This document shows, piece by piece, positions 27,001 to 42,880 of a DNA stretch of 64,000 nt. Source of the DNA: the human T2T-CHM13v2.0 reference genome, Homo sapiens; assembly GCF_009914755.1 (NCBI RefSeq), contig NC_060929.1; one strand, 5' to 3'. The number at the start of each line of letters is the position of its first letter. Within the stretch, counting starts at the first letter, position 1. Under the pieces are notes generated by a model, which saw nothing but the letters and a program-made list of their open reading frames with translations, had not been told where the DNA came from and did no database searches. The translations under genes and the position numbers were made by a program.

Positions 27001-27904
27001 CCTCTACACACTGCTTTAAATGTGTCCTAGAGATTCTGGTATGTTGTGTCTTCATTCTCATTGGTTTCAAAGAACATCTTTATTTCTCCCTTCATTTTAT
27101 TATTTACCCAGTAGTCATTCAGAAGCAGGTTGTTCAGTTTCCATGTAGTTGTGCGGTTTTGAGTGAGTCTCTTAATCGTGAGTTCTAATTTGATTGCACT
27201 GTGGTGTGAGAGACTCTTTGTTATGATTTCTGTTCTTTTGCATTTGCTGAGGAGTGTTTTACTTCCAATTACGTGGTCAATTTTAGAATAAGTGCAGTGA
27301 GGTGCTGAGAAGAATGTATATTCTGTTGATTTGGGGTGGAGAGTTCTGTAGATGTCCATTAGGTCCTCTTGGTCCAGAGCTGAGTTCAAGTTCTGAGTAT
27401 CCTTGTAAATTTTCTGTCTCATTGATCTGTCTAATATTGACAGTGGGGTGTTAAAGTCTCCCACTATTATTGTGTGGGAGTCTAAGTCTCCTTGTAGGTC
27501 TCTAAGACTTGCTTTATGAATCTAGGTGCTCCTGTATTGGGTGCATATATATTTAGGATGGTTAGCTCTTCTTGTTCCATTGGTCCCTTTACCATTATGC
27601 AATGCCCTTCTTTGTCTCTTTTGATCTTTGTTGGTTTAAAGTCTGTTTTATCAGAGATTACTATTGCAACTCCTGCTTTTTTGTTTTTGTTTTGGTTTTC
27701 CATTTGCTTGGTAAATATTCCTCCATCCCTTCCCTTTATTTTGAGCCTATGTGTGTCTTTGCACGTGAGATGGGTCTCCTGAATACAGCACACTGATGGG
27801 TCTTGACTCTTTATCCAATTTGCCAGTCTGTGTCTTTTAATTGGGGCATTTAGCCAGTTTAAATTTAAGGTTAATACTGTTATGTGTGAATTCGATCCTG
27901 TCAT
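24085..27904 (-). pseudogene. Disrupted L1 ORF2 (endonuclease/reverse transcriptase)
   Basis: MTGSNSHITVLTLN..., [33 protein letters not shown] (consensus FADD) in several separate frames. Confidence 0.92.
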
Positions 27905-27974
27905 TATGATGCTAGCTGGTTCTTTTGCTCGTTAGTTGATGGAGTTTCTTCATAGTATCGATGTTCTTTACAAT

Positions 27975-28996
27975 TTGGTATGTTTCTGCAGTGGCTGGTA
28001 CTGGTTTCTCCTTTCCATGTTTAGTGCTTCTTTCAGGAGCTGTTGTAACGCAGGCCTGGTGGTGACAAAATCTCTCAGCATTTGCTTGTCTGTAAAGGAC
28101 TTTATTTCTCCTTTGCTTATGAAGCTTAGTTTGGCTGGATATGAAATTCTGGGTTGAAAATTCTTTTCTTTAAGAATGTTGAATATTGGCCCCCACTCTC
28201 TTCTGGCTTGTAGGATTTCTACAGAAAGATCCCCTGTTAAGTCTGATGGGCTTCCCTTTGTGGGTAACCCAACCTTTCTCTCTGGCTGCCCTTAACATTT
28301 TTTCCTTCATTTCAACCTTGGTGAATCTGATGATTATGTGTCTTGGGGTTGCCCTTCTCGAGGAGTATCTTTGTGGTGTTCTCTGTATTTCCTGAATTTG
28401 CATGTTGGTCTGTCTTGCTAGGTTGGGGAAGTTCTCCTGGATAATATCCTGAAGAGTGTTTTCCAACTTGGTTTCATTCTCCCCATCACCTTCAGGTACA
28501 TCAATCAAACATAGATTTGGTCTTTTCACACAGTCCCATATTTCTTGTTCCTTTGTTCGTTCCTTTTTATTCTTTTCTCTAATATTGTCTTCTCTCTTTC
28601 TTTCATTAAGTTGATCTTCAATCAATGATATCCTTTCTTCCACTTGATCAGTTCAGCTATTGAAACTTGCGTATGCTTCATGAAGTTCTCATACTGTGTT
28701 TTTCAGCTCCAGCAGGTCATTTACATTCTTCTCTACACTGGTTATTCTATTCCAGTTAGCGATTCGTCTAACCTTTTTTCAAGGTTCTTAGCTTCCTTGC
28801 ATTAAGTTAGAACCTGCTCCTTTAGCTCGGAAGAGTTTGTTATTACCAGCCTTCTGAAGCCTACTTCTGTCAATTCGTCAAACTCATTCTCCATCCAGTT
28901 TTGTTCTCTTGCTGGCGAGGAGTTGTGATCCTTTGGAGGAGAAGAGGCTTTCTGGTTTTTGGAATTTTCAGCCTTTTTGTGCTGGTTTCTTCCCAT
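27975..28996 (-). pseudogene. Disrupted L1 ORF1
   Basis: ORF fragments MGRNQHKKAENSKNQKASSPPKD... and ...ENFPNLARQ...RTPQRYSSRRATPRHII; broken by stops and frameshifts. Confidence 0.9.
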
Positions 28997-30511
28997 CTTT
29001 GTGATTTACCTACCTTTGCTCATTGATTTTCGTGACCTCTGAATGGGGTCTTTGAGTCGACATGCTCTTCCTTTCTGTTTCTTAGTTTTCCTTCTGACAG
29101 TCAGGACCCTCTGCTGCTGTCTGCTGGAGTCTGCTGGTGGTCCACTCCTGACCCTGTTTGCCTGGATATCACCAGCAGAGGCTGCAGAACAGCAAAGATT
29201 GCCGCCTGATCTTTCCTCAGGAAGCTTCGTCCCAGAGGGGCACCTGCCAGATGCCAGCCAGAGCTCTCCTGTGTGAGATGTCTGTCAGCCCCTAGTGGGA
29301 GGTGTCTCCCAGTCAGGATACACAGGAGTCAGGGACCCACTTGAAGAGGCAGTCTGATCCTTAGCAGAGGTTGAATGCTGTGCTGGGAGGTACGCTGCTC
29401 TTTTCAGAGCTGTCAGGCAGGAACATTTAAGTCTGCTGAATCTTCACCCACAATTGCTCCTTTCTCCAGGTGCTCTGTCCCAGGAAGATAGGGGTTTTAT
29501 CTATATGTCCCTGACAGGAACTGTTGTCTTTTTTTTCAGAGATGCCCTGCCCAGAGAAGAGGAATCTAGAGAGGCCATGCTGAGCTGCACTGGGCTCCAC
29601 CCAGTTGGAACTTCTCAGTGGCTTTGTTTACACTGTGAGCTTAAAACCGCCTACTCAAGCCTCAGCAATGGCAGGTGACCCTCCCCCTACCGAGCTTGAG
29701 CCACAGCAGGCTGCTGCTGTGCTGACAGTGAGAATTTCAAGTCAGGGGATCTTAGTTTGCTGGGCTCCATGGGAGTGGGACCCACCAAGCCAGACCACTT
29801 GGCTCCCTGGCTTCAGCACCCCTTTCCAGGGGAGTGAATGGTTCTGTCTTGCTGGTGTTCCAGGCCCCAATGAGGCATGGAAAAAAAGAACTCCTGCAGT
29901 TAGTTCGGTGTCTGCCCAAATGGCCGCCCAGTTTTGTGCTTGAAACCCAGAGCCCTGGTGGCATAGGCACCGCAGGGAATCTCCTGGTTTGCAGATTGCA
30001 AAGACCATGGGACAAGCGCAGTATCTGTGCTGGAGTTCCTCAGGCTCAGACTCTCATGGCTTCCGCTGGGTAGGGGAGAAAATTCCCCAATCCCTTGCGC
30101 TTCCTGGGTGAGGCAATGCCCCACCCTGCTTCAGCTTGCCCTCCATGGGCTGCAGCCACTGTCCAACCAGTCCCAGTGAGATGAACCGGGTACCTCAGTT
30201 GGAAATGCAGAAATCACCTGCCTTCTCTATCATTTTCGCTGGGAGCTGCAGACCAGAGCTGTTCCTATTCAGCCATCTTGCCAGCAATCTATGGCAAGTG
30301 TTTTTAACATTAGCCAATCTAATACGTGTGTGGTGGTATTTTAATATAGTTTTAATTTGCATGTCCCTAATCCCTAATGCTACTGAACATCTTTTCATGT
30401 GCTTATTTTCTTACTTAGTTTTGACAGTTCTTAATATATTCTAGACATAGTTTATCAGATATACAGTTTTCAATTATTTTTCCCAATCTGGGGCTTGTCT
30501 CCTTAACAATA

Positions 30512-30834
30512 CAGGAGTCCCTCTCCCTTATCTGCAGTTTCACTTTCCACGAGTGGTACCAGTTACCCAAGGTACAGTTCCAGAAGATACTTTGAAGGGG
30601 TGGGGAGACCACACTCACATCACTTTTATAACAGCATATTGTTATAATTGTTCTATTTTATTATTAGTTATTGTTATTAATCTCATATTGTGCCTAGTTG
30701 ATGAATTAAACTTTATCATAGGTATGAATGGCTAAGAAAAATCATAGCATACAAAAGGCTTGGTACTATCCATGGTTTAAGGCATCCACTGGGGGTTGTG
30801 GAATATATCCCACGAGGATAAGGGGGAACTACTG
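30512..30834 (-). mobile_element. MER2 (Tigger2-family MITE), near complete
   Basis: Terminal inverted repeats caggagtccctctcccttatc / gataagggggaactactg, TA on both sides. Confidence 0.88.
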
Positions 30835-30905
30835 TATATGTCAAAGAGTAGAATATTTTAATTTTCATAAAGTGTAATTTATTAATTAGTAAATTTATTA
30901 ATTGA

Positions 30906-31214
<309 letters not shown>

Positions 31215-31304
31215 TAATTTTGATCAGGCTTTTGGTATCCTATTTTAGAAATCTTTGTCTAACCCAAGATCACAAAAGTTTTCTCCTATCTGTTCTTCTA
31301 GAAC

Positions 31305-33055
31305 TTTTTTATTGATATAAAATTTATTTCCTACAAAAGTCATCCTCATAAATTGTACAGTTCAATGGTTTTTAGTACATTGAGTGACGTGTGCAACCAT
31401 CACCAATATCTAATTTCAGAACATTCTCATTAGACTGAAAAGAAACCCAGTATAAATGGGCATATTCTGGACATTTCATATAAACAAATCATATAGAAAA
31501 ATAGCCTTTGTAGCTATCCTCTTTATCATAATGCTTCCAAGGCCATGTTACAGCCATATTATAGCATATTTCAGAACATCATTCTTTTTCATGGCTGAAT
31601 AATATTCCTCTGTATGAATATACCACATTCTGCTTATACATACATGAGATGATAGGCATTTACATTGTTTCCACATTTTAGCTGTTGTGTATGTTGCTGC
31701 TATGGGCATTCATGTACAAGTTTCTCTTTGAATCCTGTTTTTAATTATTTTGATTCTATACTTAGGATTGAAATTTCTGGATCATACGGTAATTCTGTAT
31801 TTAAACTTGTGAGGAACTGCCAATCTGTTTTCCATAGCAACTGCATAATTTTATATCCCCACCATTAATGTACAAGGGTTCTAATTTCTCCACTTCTTTG
31901 TCAACACTTGCTGTTGTCCACTTTTTTTATTACAACCATCCTAGTAGGTGTGAAGCTGTACCTCACTGGGGTTTCCGATTTGCATTTCCCAGTCATTTGC
32001 ATAACTAATAATGTTGAGCAGCTTTTCATGTGCTTGGCAGCCAAGTATATCTTCTCTGGAGAAATATCTATTCAAGTCTTTTGCACATTTAAAAAAATTA
32101 GGCTGTCTTTTTGTTGCTAAGATATGAGTTATTTATATATTCAAGACACTTACCAGATATGTGATTTGCAAATATTTTTTCTTATTCTGTCGATTGCCTC
32201 TTCAATTTCTTGAGAGTATCCTTTGAATTTTTAATTGTGATAAAGTACAATTTACCTTTTTTTTCTTCTGTTGCTCATGCTTTTGGTGTCATATCTAAGA
32301 ATCCATTACTGAATTCAAGGTCATGAAGATTTCTCCCATGTTTTCTTCTACATGTTTCATAGTTTTAACTCCTACATTTAGGTCTTTGAACCATGTTATA
32401 GTTAATTTTTATATATGGTCTGAGGTAGAGGTCTAGTTTCACTCTTTTGGATACGGATATCCAGATATCCTTGCACCATGTGCTTAAGAGACTCTTCTCA
32501 TTGAATGGTTTTAGCACCCTTTCAAATATTAATAGGACATAGATGTGTGAGTTTATTTCTGGACGCTCGATCCTTTTCCATTGACTTACGTGTCTATCCT
32601 TACATCAGTACTATACTGTTTTGGTTCTTATAGCTCTGTAGTAAGTTTTAAAATTGGGACATATGAGTCCTCCAACACTGTTTTTCTTTTTTTGAGATAG
32701 TTATGGCTCTTCAGTTGTCCTGCAATTCAATAATAATTTCAATATCAGATTTTCCATTAAAAAAAGCTGCTGAGATTTTTACAGAGATTCCATTGACTCT
32801 ATAAAGTGCTTTGAGTAATACTGCCATCTTAACAATATTAAGTATTTTAAGATGAATAGTGGATGCCTTTTCATTATGTAGGTCTTCTTTAATTCCTTTC
32901 GGTAATGTTTTGTGGGTTTCAGTGATCCTTGGTTAAATGTATTTATAAATGTTTTATTATTTTTGATAATAATGTAAATGAAAGGTTTTCCTTTATTTCA
33001 TTTGCAGATTATTCATTGCCAGCATATAAAATTATAACTTTTTAATGCTTCTTTT
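31305..33055 (-). mobile_element. L1MB 3' portion
   Basis: tttttattgatataaaattt...gtacagttcaatggtttttagtac...tgtgcaaccatcacc, continuing into reverse ORF2. Confidence 0.78.
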
Positions 33056-33186
33056 CAATGTCTTTTTAATTTTTTTAACTGACAAAATTTGTATATATTT
33101 ATGGTGTACAGCATGATGTTTTGATATAAGTATACATTGTGGAGTGGCCAGATCAAGATAATTAATATATGCCTTACCTCATATAC

Positions 33187-33883
33187 TGAAAGGAGTTAGT
33201 TAGCTTGCCTTAGGTAGATAACAAGGGAAGGGTCCCAGAGAGGCCCCCGCCTGTGGGTCAGTGCCTCATCCCCACATAACATAAAAAGCAGCCTGAGAAA
33301 AAATTCAAGCGGCAGGTACCAATAAGGGAACTAGCACGGGGTGTTATACCTAGAGACATGCCCACGGCTGCACAGATAGAAAAACCTCCAGCCCATTTGG
33401 ATAAAAACTTGCACAAACCTCCAGCTAACTCAGATAAGGGAACAAGGCCAGGCACAGAAATGCCTTTGTCCTTTGTATAGTCAGTGGGATCCCAGAAAAA
33501 GTTTCTTCTCCTTTTGTGGGCATGGGCACAGTGGGCTCCGGTGGGTTCCAGTGGGCACTCTACTTTCCTTTATTTGGACTGTAAGTCTGGCCTCTATGAA
33601 TCATCACCTCAGCCCGATTGTTCCCAGGCCAAGCTGAGTCACACATTCGCCAAGACAGCCCACAGACTAAGCACATTCCTTCCCCTTCCCAGTCCATAAA
33701 AACCCTGGACCCCAGCCCCACAGTGGATACTCCCATTCCAGACCCCCTCTCTGCTGGCAGAGAGCTTTCTTCTTTTGCTTATTAAACTTTCGCTCTAACC
33801 TCACCTTTGACCATGCTCCTTAATAGTCTTGGAGGTAGGACAAGAACTCCCAGCATTATCTCAGACAACAAAAGTTTGTTTCG
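33187..33883 (+). mobile_element. ERV1-class solo LTR (~700 bp)
   Basis: TG start (tgaaaggagttag), TATA-like cataaaaaccc at ~33695, attaaa at 33781, ends tgtttc(a/g). Confidence 0.8.
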
Positions 33884-33907
33884 ATATTATATTGAAACAA
33901 TATATAC

Positions 33908-34083
33908 CCTTGTCATCCTTTTAATACCTATAGTATCTGTAGTTTTCTCAACCCTCTGAGCTGTAACACCGGCAACTTTTTTTTTGATCAGTGTGACTAG
34001 AGATTTATCAATTTCATCTATCTTATCAAATCGCTAGCTTTTGGTTTCATTAATTTCCTCTCTTCTTTTTGCTTTCCATTTCA
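33908..34083 (+). repeat. 176-bp direct duplicate of 36263-36437
   Basis: By-eye alignment: about 10 substitutions and 1 indel (~94% identity). Confidence 0.93.
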
Positions 34084-34179
34084 ACATTGTTTCAATATTA
34101 TATTATTTGTGGTCGACCACTTAAAATTTATTCTCTCAGCAATTTTCAAGTATACAATATAGTTACTTACTATAGTAAA

Positions 34180-34245
34180 TATGTACTATATGTACTATGT
34201 ACTATATGTACTACAGTCTATAGTCTATAGTCTATGATGTACTAT
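34180..34245 (+). repeat. Short compound tandem repeat (atgtact)n/(tagtcta)n
   Basis: atgtactatatgtactatgtactatatgtactacagtctatagtctatagtctatgatgtactat. Confidence 0.8.
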
Positions 34246-34507
34246 AGATCTCTTGAACTTACTCTTGCTGCCTAACTGAAATTTTGTATTCTTCAACCAG
34301 CACCTCCTCAATCCTTTCCCTCCCTTCAGCATCTGGTAACCACCATTCTAATCTGATTCTATGAGTCTGACTTTGTTAGATTCCACATGTAAGAAGATCA
34401 TGCAGTATTTGTCTTTCTGTGCCTGGCTTATTTTACTTAACATAATCTCCCTCCAGGTTCATCCATGTTGTTGCAAATGACAGAAATTTCCTTCTTTTTA
34501 AGGCTGA

Positions 34508-34844
<337 letters not shown>

Positions 34845-35942
34845 AACATTTTCTTTATCCATTTATCCTTTAATGGACATTCCATATCAACTTTGGCTAC
34901 TGTGAATAGTGCTGCAATGAAAGTAAGAGTGCAGACATCTCTTCAACATACTGATTTTATATCCTTTGGATACATACCCAGCAGTACTATTGCTGGCTCA
35001 TATGGCAGTTTTATTTTTAATTTTTTTGAGTCACTTCCATACTGTGTTCTACAATGGCTATACTAATTTACATTTCTACCAAGAATTTTCAAGAGCTCCC
35101 CTTTTCCTACATCCTCACCAAAACTTGTTATCTTTCCCCTTTTTAATAACAGCCATTCTAACAAGTGTAAGGTGATATCTCATTGTGGTTTTAATTTGCA
35201 TTTCTCTGATGATTAGTGACACTGAGCATTTTTTTTTCATATACTTGCTGGCCACATGTATGTCTCTTTTTGAAAAATGTCTATTTGGGTACTTTGCCCA
35301 GTTTTCAATCAGGTTATTTGTTTTCTTACTATTGAGTCGAGTTCCTTATATATTTTGGATAGTAACTCCTTATCAGATATATGGTTTGGAAATACTTTCT
35401 TCCATTCCATAGGTTGTCTTTTCACTCTGTTGTTTCCTCTGCTATACAGATACAATGGATTTTTGTGTATTGATTTCCTAGCTTTGATTTATTTTGAGTG
35501 CCTAATCAACTTTGCTTTTCTGGGATAAACTCTAATTAGGTCATGACATAATTATCCTTTTAAAATACTGTTAGACATGATTTTCCAAACTTTTGTTTAC
35601 AATTTTTGAACCTATATTCATGAAAGATAGTGATGTTCAATTTTCTTCACTTAGAGTGTCTTTATCAAGTTTTTAAAATGTGGGTAATAATAGTCTCTTT
35701 TCTAGAAGACTTGTGTTGAATTGGTATTATTTCTTTCTTAAATATTTGGCAAAATTCAACAGTGAAGTCATCTGGGATGGGAGTATTGGAAAATTTTTAA
35801 CTACAGAAGCAATTTCTTTAAGAAATACAGGGGTATTCAAGTTATCTATTTCTTCTTAAGTGAGCTTTGGTAGTCAGTGTTTTTCAAATAAATTTTCCAT
35901 TTCATCTAAATTGTTGAATTGATAGGCCTAAAGATGTTCACT

Positions 35943-36245
<303 letters not shown>

Positions 36246-39183
36246 GATGTTCATAATAATAACCTTGTTATCCTTTTAATGCCTGTAGTATCTGTAGTTT
36301 TGTCAACCCTCTGAGCTATAACATTGGCAAGTTTTTTTTGATCAGTGTGACTAGAGATTTATCAATTTTATCTATCTTATCAAATCACTAGCTTTTGGTT
36401 TCATTAATTTCCTCTCTTCTTTTTGCTTTCCATTTCATTGATTTCCTCTTTGATCTTTACTATTTCCTTTTTTTTTTTTTTTTTTTTTTTTGCTTACTTT
36501 GGATTTAGTTTGCTCCTTTCTCAAATTTCATAAAATGGAAGTTGAAGTCATGATTTGAAATCTTTCTTTTTTCTCATATTGGTATTTGTTTCATTATTTT
36601 TATCTAAGTAGTACTTTAGTAGCATCACACTAAATCTGATACATTGTGTTTTCATTTTCATTCATTTCAAAATACTTTCTAATTTCTCTTTTGATTTTGT
36701 CTTTACTCATGGGTTATTTAGGATTGAATGCATAAGGAGGGTCATCCACAAATCCCTGGGATTCTTCTATGCAGTTCTCTCCACTCCAGTATTCAGTCCT
36801 CTGAAATCTGGCTGTTTTGGTCTCCCTGGCCTTTCTGTTCTGTTTTGTCAACTCAGACAGTCTGCTGTGTGTTACCTGAGTTACCCCCCAACCTGTGCTG
36901 CAGTCTGGAAACTCTTTCAATGCACTAAACTGAGACAATCCCAGAGCTCCTCCTGCCTGTTTCCCGTATCATAGGGATCATTGTCCTTGGTTGCCTGATA
37001 CCCAGTGTCTTAAAAACCATTGTTTCCTATATTTTGTCTGTTTTTTTAAAGTTGTTTCAGGAAAGAGTAAATTTGGCCCCTGTTACGCCACCTAAGCTGG
37101 AAGAAGTCCAGTTTCGTTTTGCTTATATCATTATAAACCCATTTTTATATATTTTATTTCTTTTAATTCATTGCAGAATCTTCCTTTTCAATGCTCAAAA
37201 TATCCCAGCCTAAGTCAGTAGGAGCCATTTCACGTTGGCTTTTGGGTCCTTCGACATGTTCCTTCTAGTCTCTTTAGTGGCAAATGACATGCAGGTCCCA
37301 CAGTCTAAACACTGAAGGTAACTATATATTTGCATTTGCTGAACTTGTTTTTAAAAGTGGGAGAGAGAGCAAGATATACAGATTTTATATTTATATAACA
37401 GGTACACTACAATGAAAAGAACACACTTGTGTTAGAGTAGACCCAATTCTCCCACATACAAGTCACTAATACTCTTAACTGTAAATGTAGACCTCAAAAA
37501 TTCTTATCTTTGCTTCCTAAATATAGACCTCTAAGTTTCCAAACAGTCCCATAAATATGACTTTATCTTATCAACCTGTGTGCATTCAGTCTGGTTATTC
37601 TGGACTCTCATTAACACAGTCATAGCAGCTTAGAAAGGCTTCTTATCCCAATATTGCTTGAGATTAGCAGAATCTAAGTAATAATGGCATGTCATCAGTA
37701 AATATTACAAAGTAAACGGGAATCCAGTCAAGCCTGAGAAAATCAAAATAAAATTAAATCAAAGGGACCACAAGAGGATATCAATGTCCTTCCATCTATT
37801 CCCAATCCTCTGTTTTCTTGCCCTTGATTTAAAAATCAAGATGTCACAAATCCCCAATTTTCCCTTCTAACCTACTAAATTAGACTTGATATTTCTTAGT
37901 TTCCATGAGAGCCCCTAACAGTCCCTTCTAGGCCAATAATTCCTAAATTCATAGATTCTTCAGGGTGCAAGAAATTGCAGATCTGAAGACAGATCATCTA
38001 ATACAGGCACATAATTTCAAAGACAGGAAACTAAGGTACAGAAATTTTATGCTCTTTGCCTCTCTCTTAGCAAACTTAGAAAGCCAGGGATTTAGTGACA
38101 TCATGTATTAAAGAGATTTTCTAAAGCATGTAAAAACATATTTAGGCTGATAACTCTTAACACTCTATATCTCACATCCTCTTGATTATTTATTATGTAC
38201 TATGATGATAAGGAAAACACAACTTTTTAAGGGGTGTTTATATGATTACAAACATTTTTGTGAATGTCTTAGTAACCAGTATGAAAACATTGCCAGAATG
38301 CAAATATCATAAAATAAAAAGCATTAATTTTATTAAAAACTGAGTCTACCCTTGGTTTTCAAGAGATAAACCAATTAAAATAGCTAAAATAGCTTTGCAG
38401 AACCGATGCATGTATAAAATGTCCTCTTTTGCCTTTACTTGAATCCAGAAAACTAAGCAACATTCATTGCTTAGTTGTACACACCAGTTTTCTCATCAAA
38501 GAAAAGGCTCTGTTGAAGAACAAAGATGTTCCTCAAAACTTTGAGGACTAACTGTAATACAAGTCCAATAGATTCTGATTGTTGATAGACCAAACCAGCA
38601 ATCCTTGCCTAAAATCTTCAGAAGAACCATTTCAGCAAATTGAGCTTTCCAATGCAGACATTTGCTGTAGCTGTGTTTTATCACAGAGAATAATTGTGAC
38701 CTTTTAAGTACCAGTGTACCATAATTTTTGGCCATCTCAAAATGCTGAGGGAAGCACTTACTGATCTAATAAGTCTTGTTTTGTCTTTAATGAGTACAAT
38801 TTCAAGTAATCATAAAAAGCCCACATATGGCCATCACAACACTTGTTGTGCACAATCTGTTCAACCAAAGGCATTTTTACTCTACACCATAAACAGCATT
38901 AGGTGTGACTAGAAAAACATTCATCTACCAAGATGTTCAGGCCAAGGTTATAGGAAATGAATTAAAAATTATGGTTACATATGGTCTTGGTTACACTAAG
39001 ATGTTCTGATACAGCAATAATTGAGAATAACAGGCCTATCCTCTCCTCTAGCTTTAGGCTCTGATCCTCACAATAAAATTAAAGCTAATCAGTCCTTTAA
39101 GACATACTACAACCACAGGCTCTCTTTCAGATACACTATACTAGAATAGTGATTTGATTTCTTAAAATCAAACTTCGTACTAA

Positions 39184-39603
<420 letters not shown>

Positions 39604-40095
39604 TAATACCCTAAAAAATAATTTTCCCACTTAGCTAAGTGATAGACCCAATAATCCAATCTGAGGTTATAATGGCGCCCAGGGTCCTATTCACTGTATG
39701 ATCCTACCATAGTCCTAGGTAACTCATAAACATTTGCTCTTCTCCTAGGGAGTAAAGAAAGACATTATTTCCCATTAAACTGTAAGCTCAAAGAGATCTG
39801 AAGACATCAAACTGAAAGAGACCTGGGATCTTACCTGGTTTTTTTCATCATTGTGTTGCCAATACAGCAACTTTCTAATAGTTGTGAAATGAAGGAAGGT
39901 TGAAGGAAAAGGTTGCTCAGCTATAATAAGTCGGAAAAGGCAAGAATCACATTCATTTTCCTAAGTACTATAGGATAGAACTGAAATTTATACAGTAACA
40001 AATTTCAGATAACACATAGGTAAATTTTATAGTAGCCAGCTTTTCCATTACACAAATGTAAGAATTGGCTTTTAATTATTTTAAAGCTCTGGAAA

Positions 40096-40133
40096 GCAGT
40101 AGAGATGACACATCGCAGTAGAGATGACACATC
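40096..40133 (+). repeat. Perfect 19-bp tandem duplication
   Basis: gcagtagagatgacacatc x2 (40096-40114, 40115-40133). Confidence 0.97.
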
Positions 40134-40660
40134 AGTGAGAGATTACTAAAGAACTGGCAGTTTGATCATTTCTAAAAATATGAAATTTCATATAATTGTT
40201 ATATTATTGAACTCTCTGAGCCACAATGTAAATTTTTGTCATATATTCACCTCTCTTTTCACCTTACATATTCAGCTTGATAATATGCACTGACCATATT
40301 CACTTTTTAAAGCCAAATACTCATAAGATCTAGTGATATATGAGCACTTAAAATTCAATCAAAATATCTTCTAAGCACAATATATTAACATTTAAATGAT
40401 TCTTTTCATATATATTTCTTTGATATATATTTCATAGCCATTAGCAATGAAAAAGCAAAAAGCTTCTTGTTTAAATGAGTATTCCATTTCAGAAAGGATA
40501 AGTTTGGTATTGCTTTCTTCAACTCATTTTAACTTTTATCAAACATTAGTAGGCTTCTATAATGGTCTGACTGTCCCTTATTCAAGTAAATTAAACAATT
40601 TAGGGCTCATCACCTGTATGATACTCAAAAATACCAAGGAAAAGCAGCCATAGTACCTAC

Positions 40661-40768
40661 CTTGGTTAGGTGAATGACTCCTTTAGAAGTGACTGAACAA
40701 CCCATGAAGCCTACATATTGAAGCTCAGGACAGTGTTCAGCAAATGCTTTCACTGACTGATCTGTCAC
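40661..40768 (-). CDS. FBXL17: FBXL17 internal coding exon, 108 nt, phase 0-0 (probably exon 5), LRR region
   Basis: Minus strand reads tcttttccctag|GTGACAGAT...CTAACCAAG|gtaggt; translates VTDQSVKAFAEHCPELQYVGFMGCSVTSKGVIHLTK, which I recognise as FBXL17 and which joins in frame to the 2663-2793 exon. Confidence 0.96.
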
Positions 40769-41042
40769 CTAGGGAAAAGACATGGATGAAATTATTCAAG
40801 GTAATAGTCCAGTGAACTCAAGGATTTGGCTCCTGAAAATCCTCTCAGCCCCACCTTGCATCATTACTATTTCCTGCCCTGTTAGATCATTTGAATCAGC
40901 ATACAAACATGCTATAATATTCCTGTATTTTTAAAAGTCATCTCTTGACCCTACATCCACTTCTTATCACCCCATGTTTTTATACTTCTTCAGACATGTT
41001 GACACTGGCTACCTCCAATTCTTTACCTTCTCCCCTCCCTCT

Positions 41043-41065
41043 GTGTGTGTATATATATGTATATG

Positions 41066-41108
<43 letters not shown>

Positions 41109-41116
41109 ACATATAT
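41043..41116 (+). repeat. Compound (TG)(TA)(CA)n microsatellite
   Basis: Read directly; ~16 uninterrupted CA units, ~270 bp upstream of the 108-nt exon acceptor in transcript direction. Confidence 0.95.
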
Positions 41117-41118
41117 GG

Positions 41119-42285
<1,167 letters not shown>

Positions 42286-42289
42286 CACA

Positions 42290-42880
42290 TTTTCCACTCT
42301 CTCTTGATCTCATAGTAATCAAGGTTTTGTCCCTCTCATTCATTGTCACTATCCTATCAATTAAATGGTCAATCTCAATTATCCCAGCATTTCAGCAGTA
42401 TCTGACACAACTGATGATTCTTCTGGAAACAATTCATTTGCTTCTTGTATCAACTATCATGGCTTTCCTCCTTCCTTACTTTTGGCTCTTGGTCACTTGG
42501 TTGAGTCTACCTCATCTCAGTCCTCAGCTCATTTCTCTTTTCCGTCTTACTTCATTCCTTAGGTGATCAAAACTAATTGCATGGCTCCTTAATAACTCTC
42601 CTAGTCCCTCTCTGTGTCTCACCACACTTTGATTTTCTTCATAACACTTATCACTACTGATCACATTACACACTTACTCACATATTAGTTTGTCACTCTT
42701 CCCCTCTCAAAATAACTCTTCCCTCCCTCTCCCCTAGAATAACCAACCATTCTGATTTGCCTCGGACAGTTTCAGTCTTAGCACTGAAAAGTCCTATGAC
42801 CCGGAAAACCACTTAGTTCCCCATCGGCACCTAGAATAATCCCTGGCACTTAGTAGAAAATATTGAAATAAATAAATGAA
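42290..42880 (+). mobile_element. L2 fragment with an embedded small hAT (MER81-like) piece at ~42737-42822
   Basis: cagcagtatctgacacaactgat...; 3' end cctggcacttagtag...aaatattgaaataaataaatgaa. Confidence 0.6.

Larger units (their letters stand above)
23875..30290 (-). mobile_element. Full-length (~6.4 kb) decayed L1PA (PA7/PA8-like), sense to FBXL17
   Basis: 5' end gattgctggcaagatggctgaataggaacagctc; ORF1 and ORF2 remnants; 3'UTR and poly-A; duplication gcaagtgttttt at 23863-23874 and 30294-30305. Confidence 0.95.

Noticed and set aside
24085-28996. Potentially active L1
   Set aside because: ORF1 and ORF2 are broken into many frames and the RT motif reads FEDD rather than FADD.
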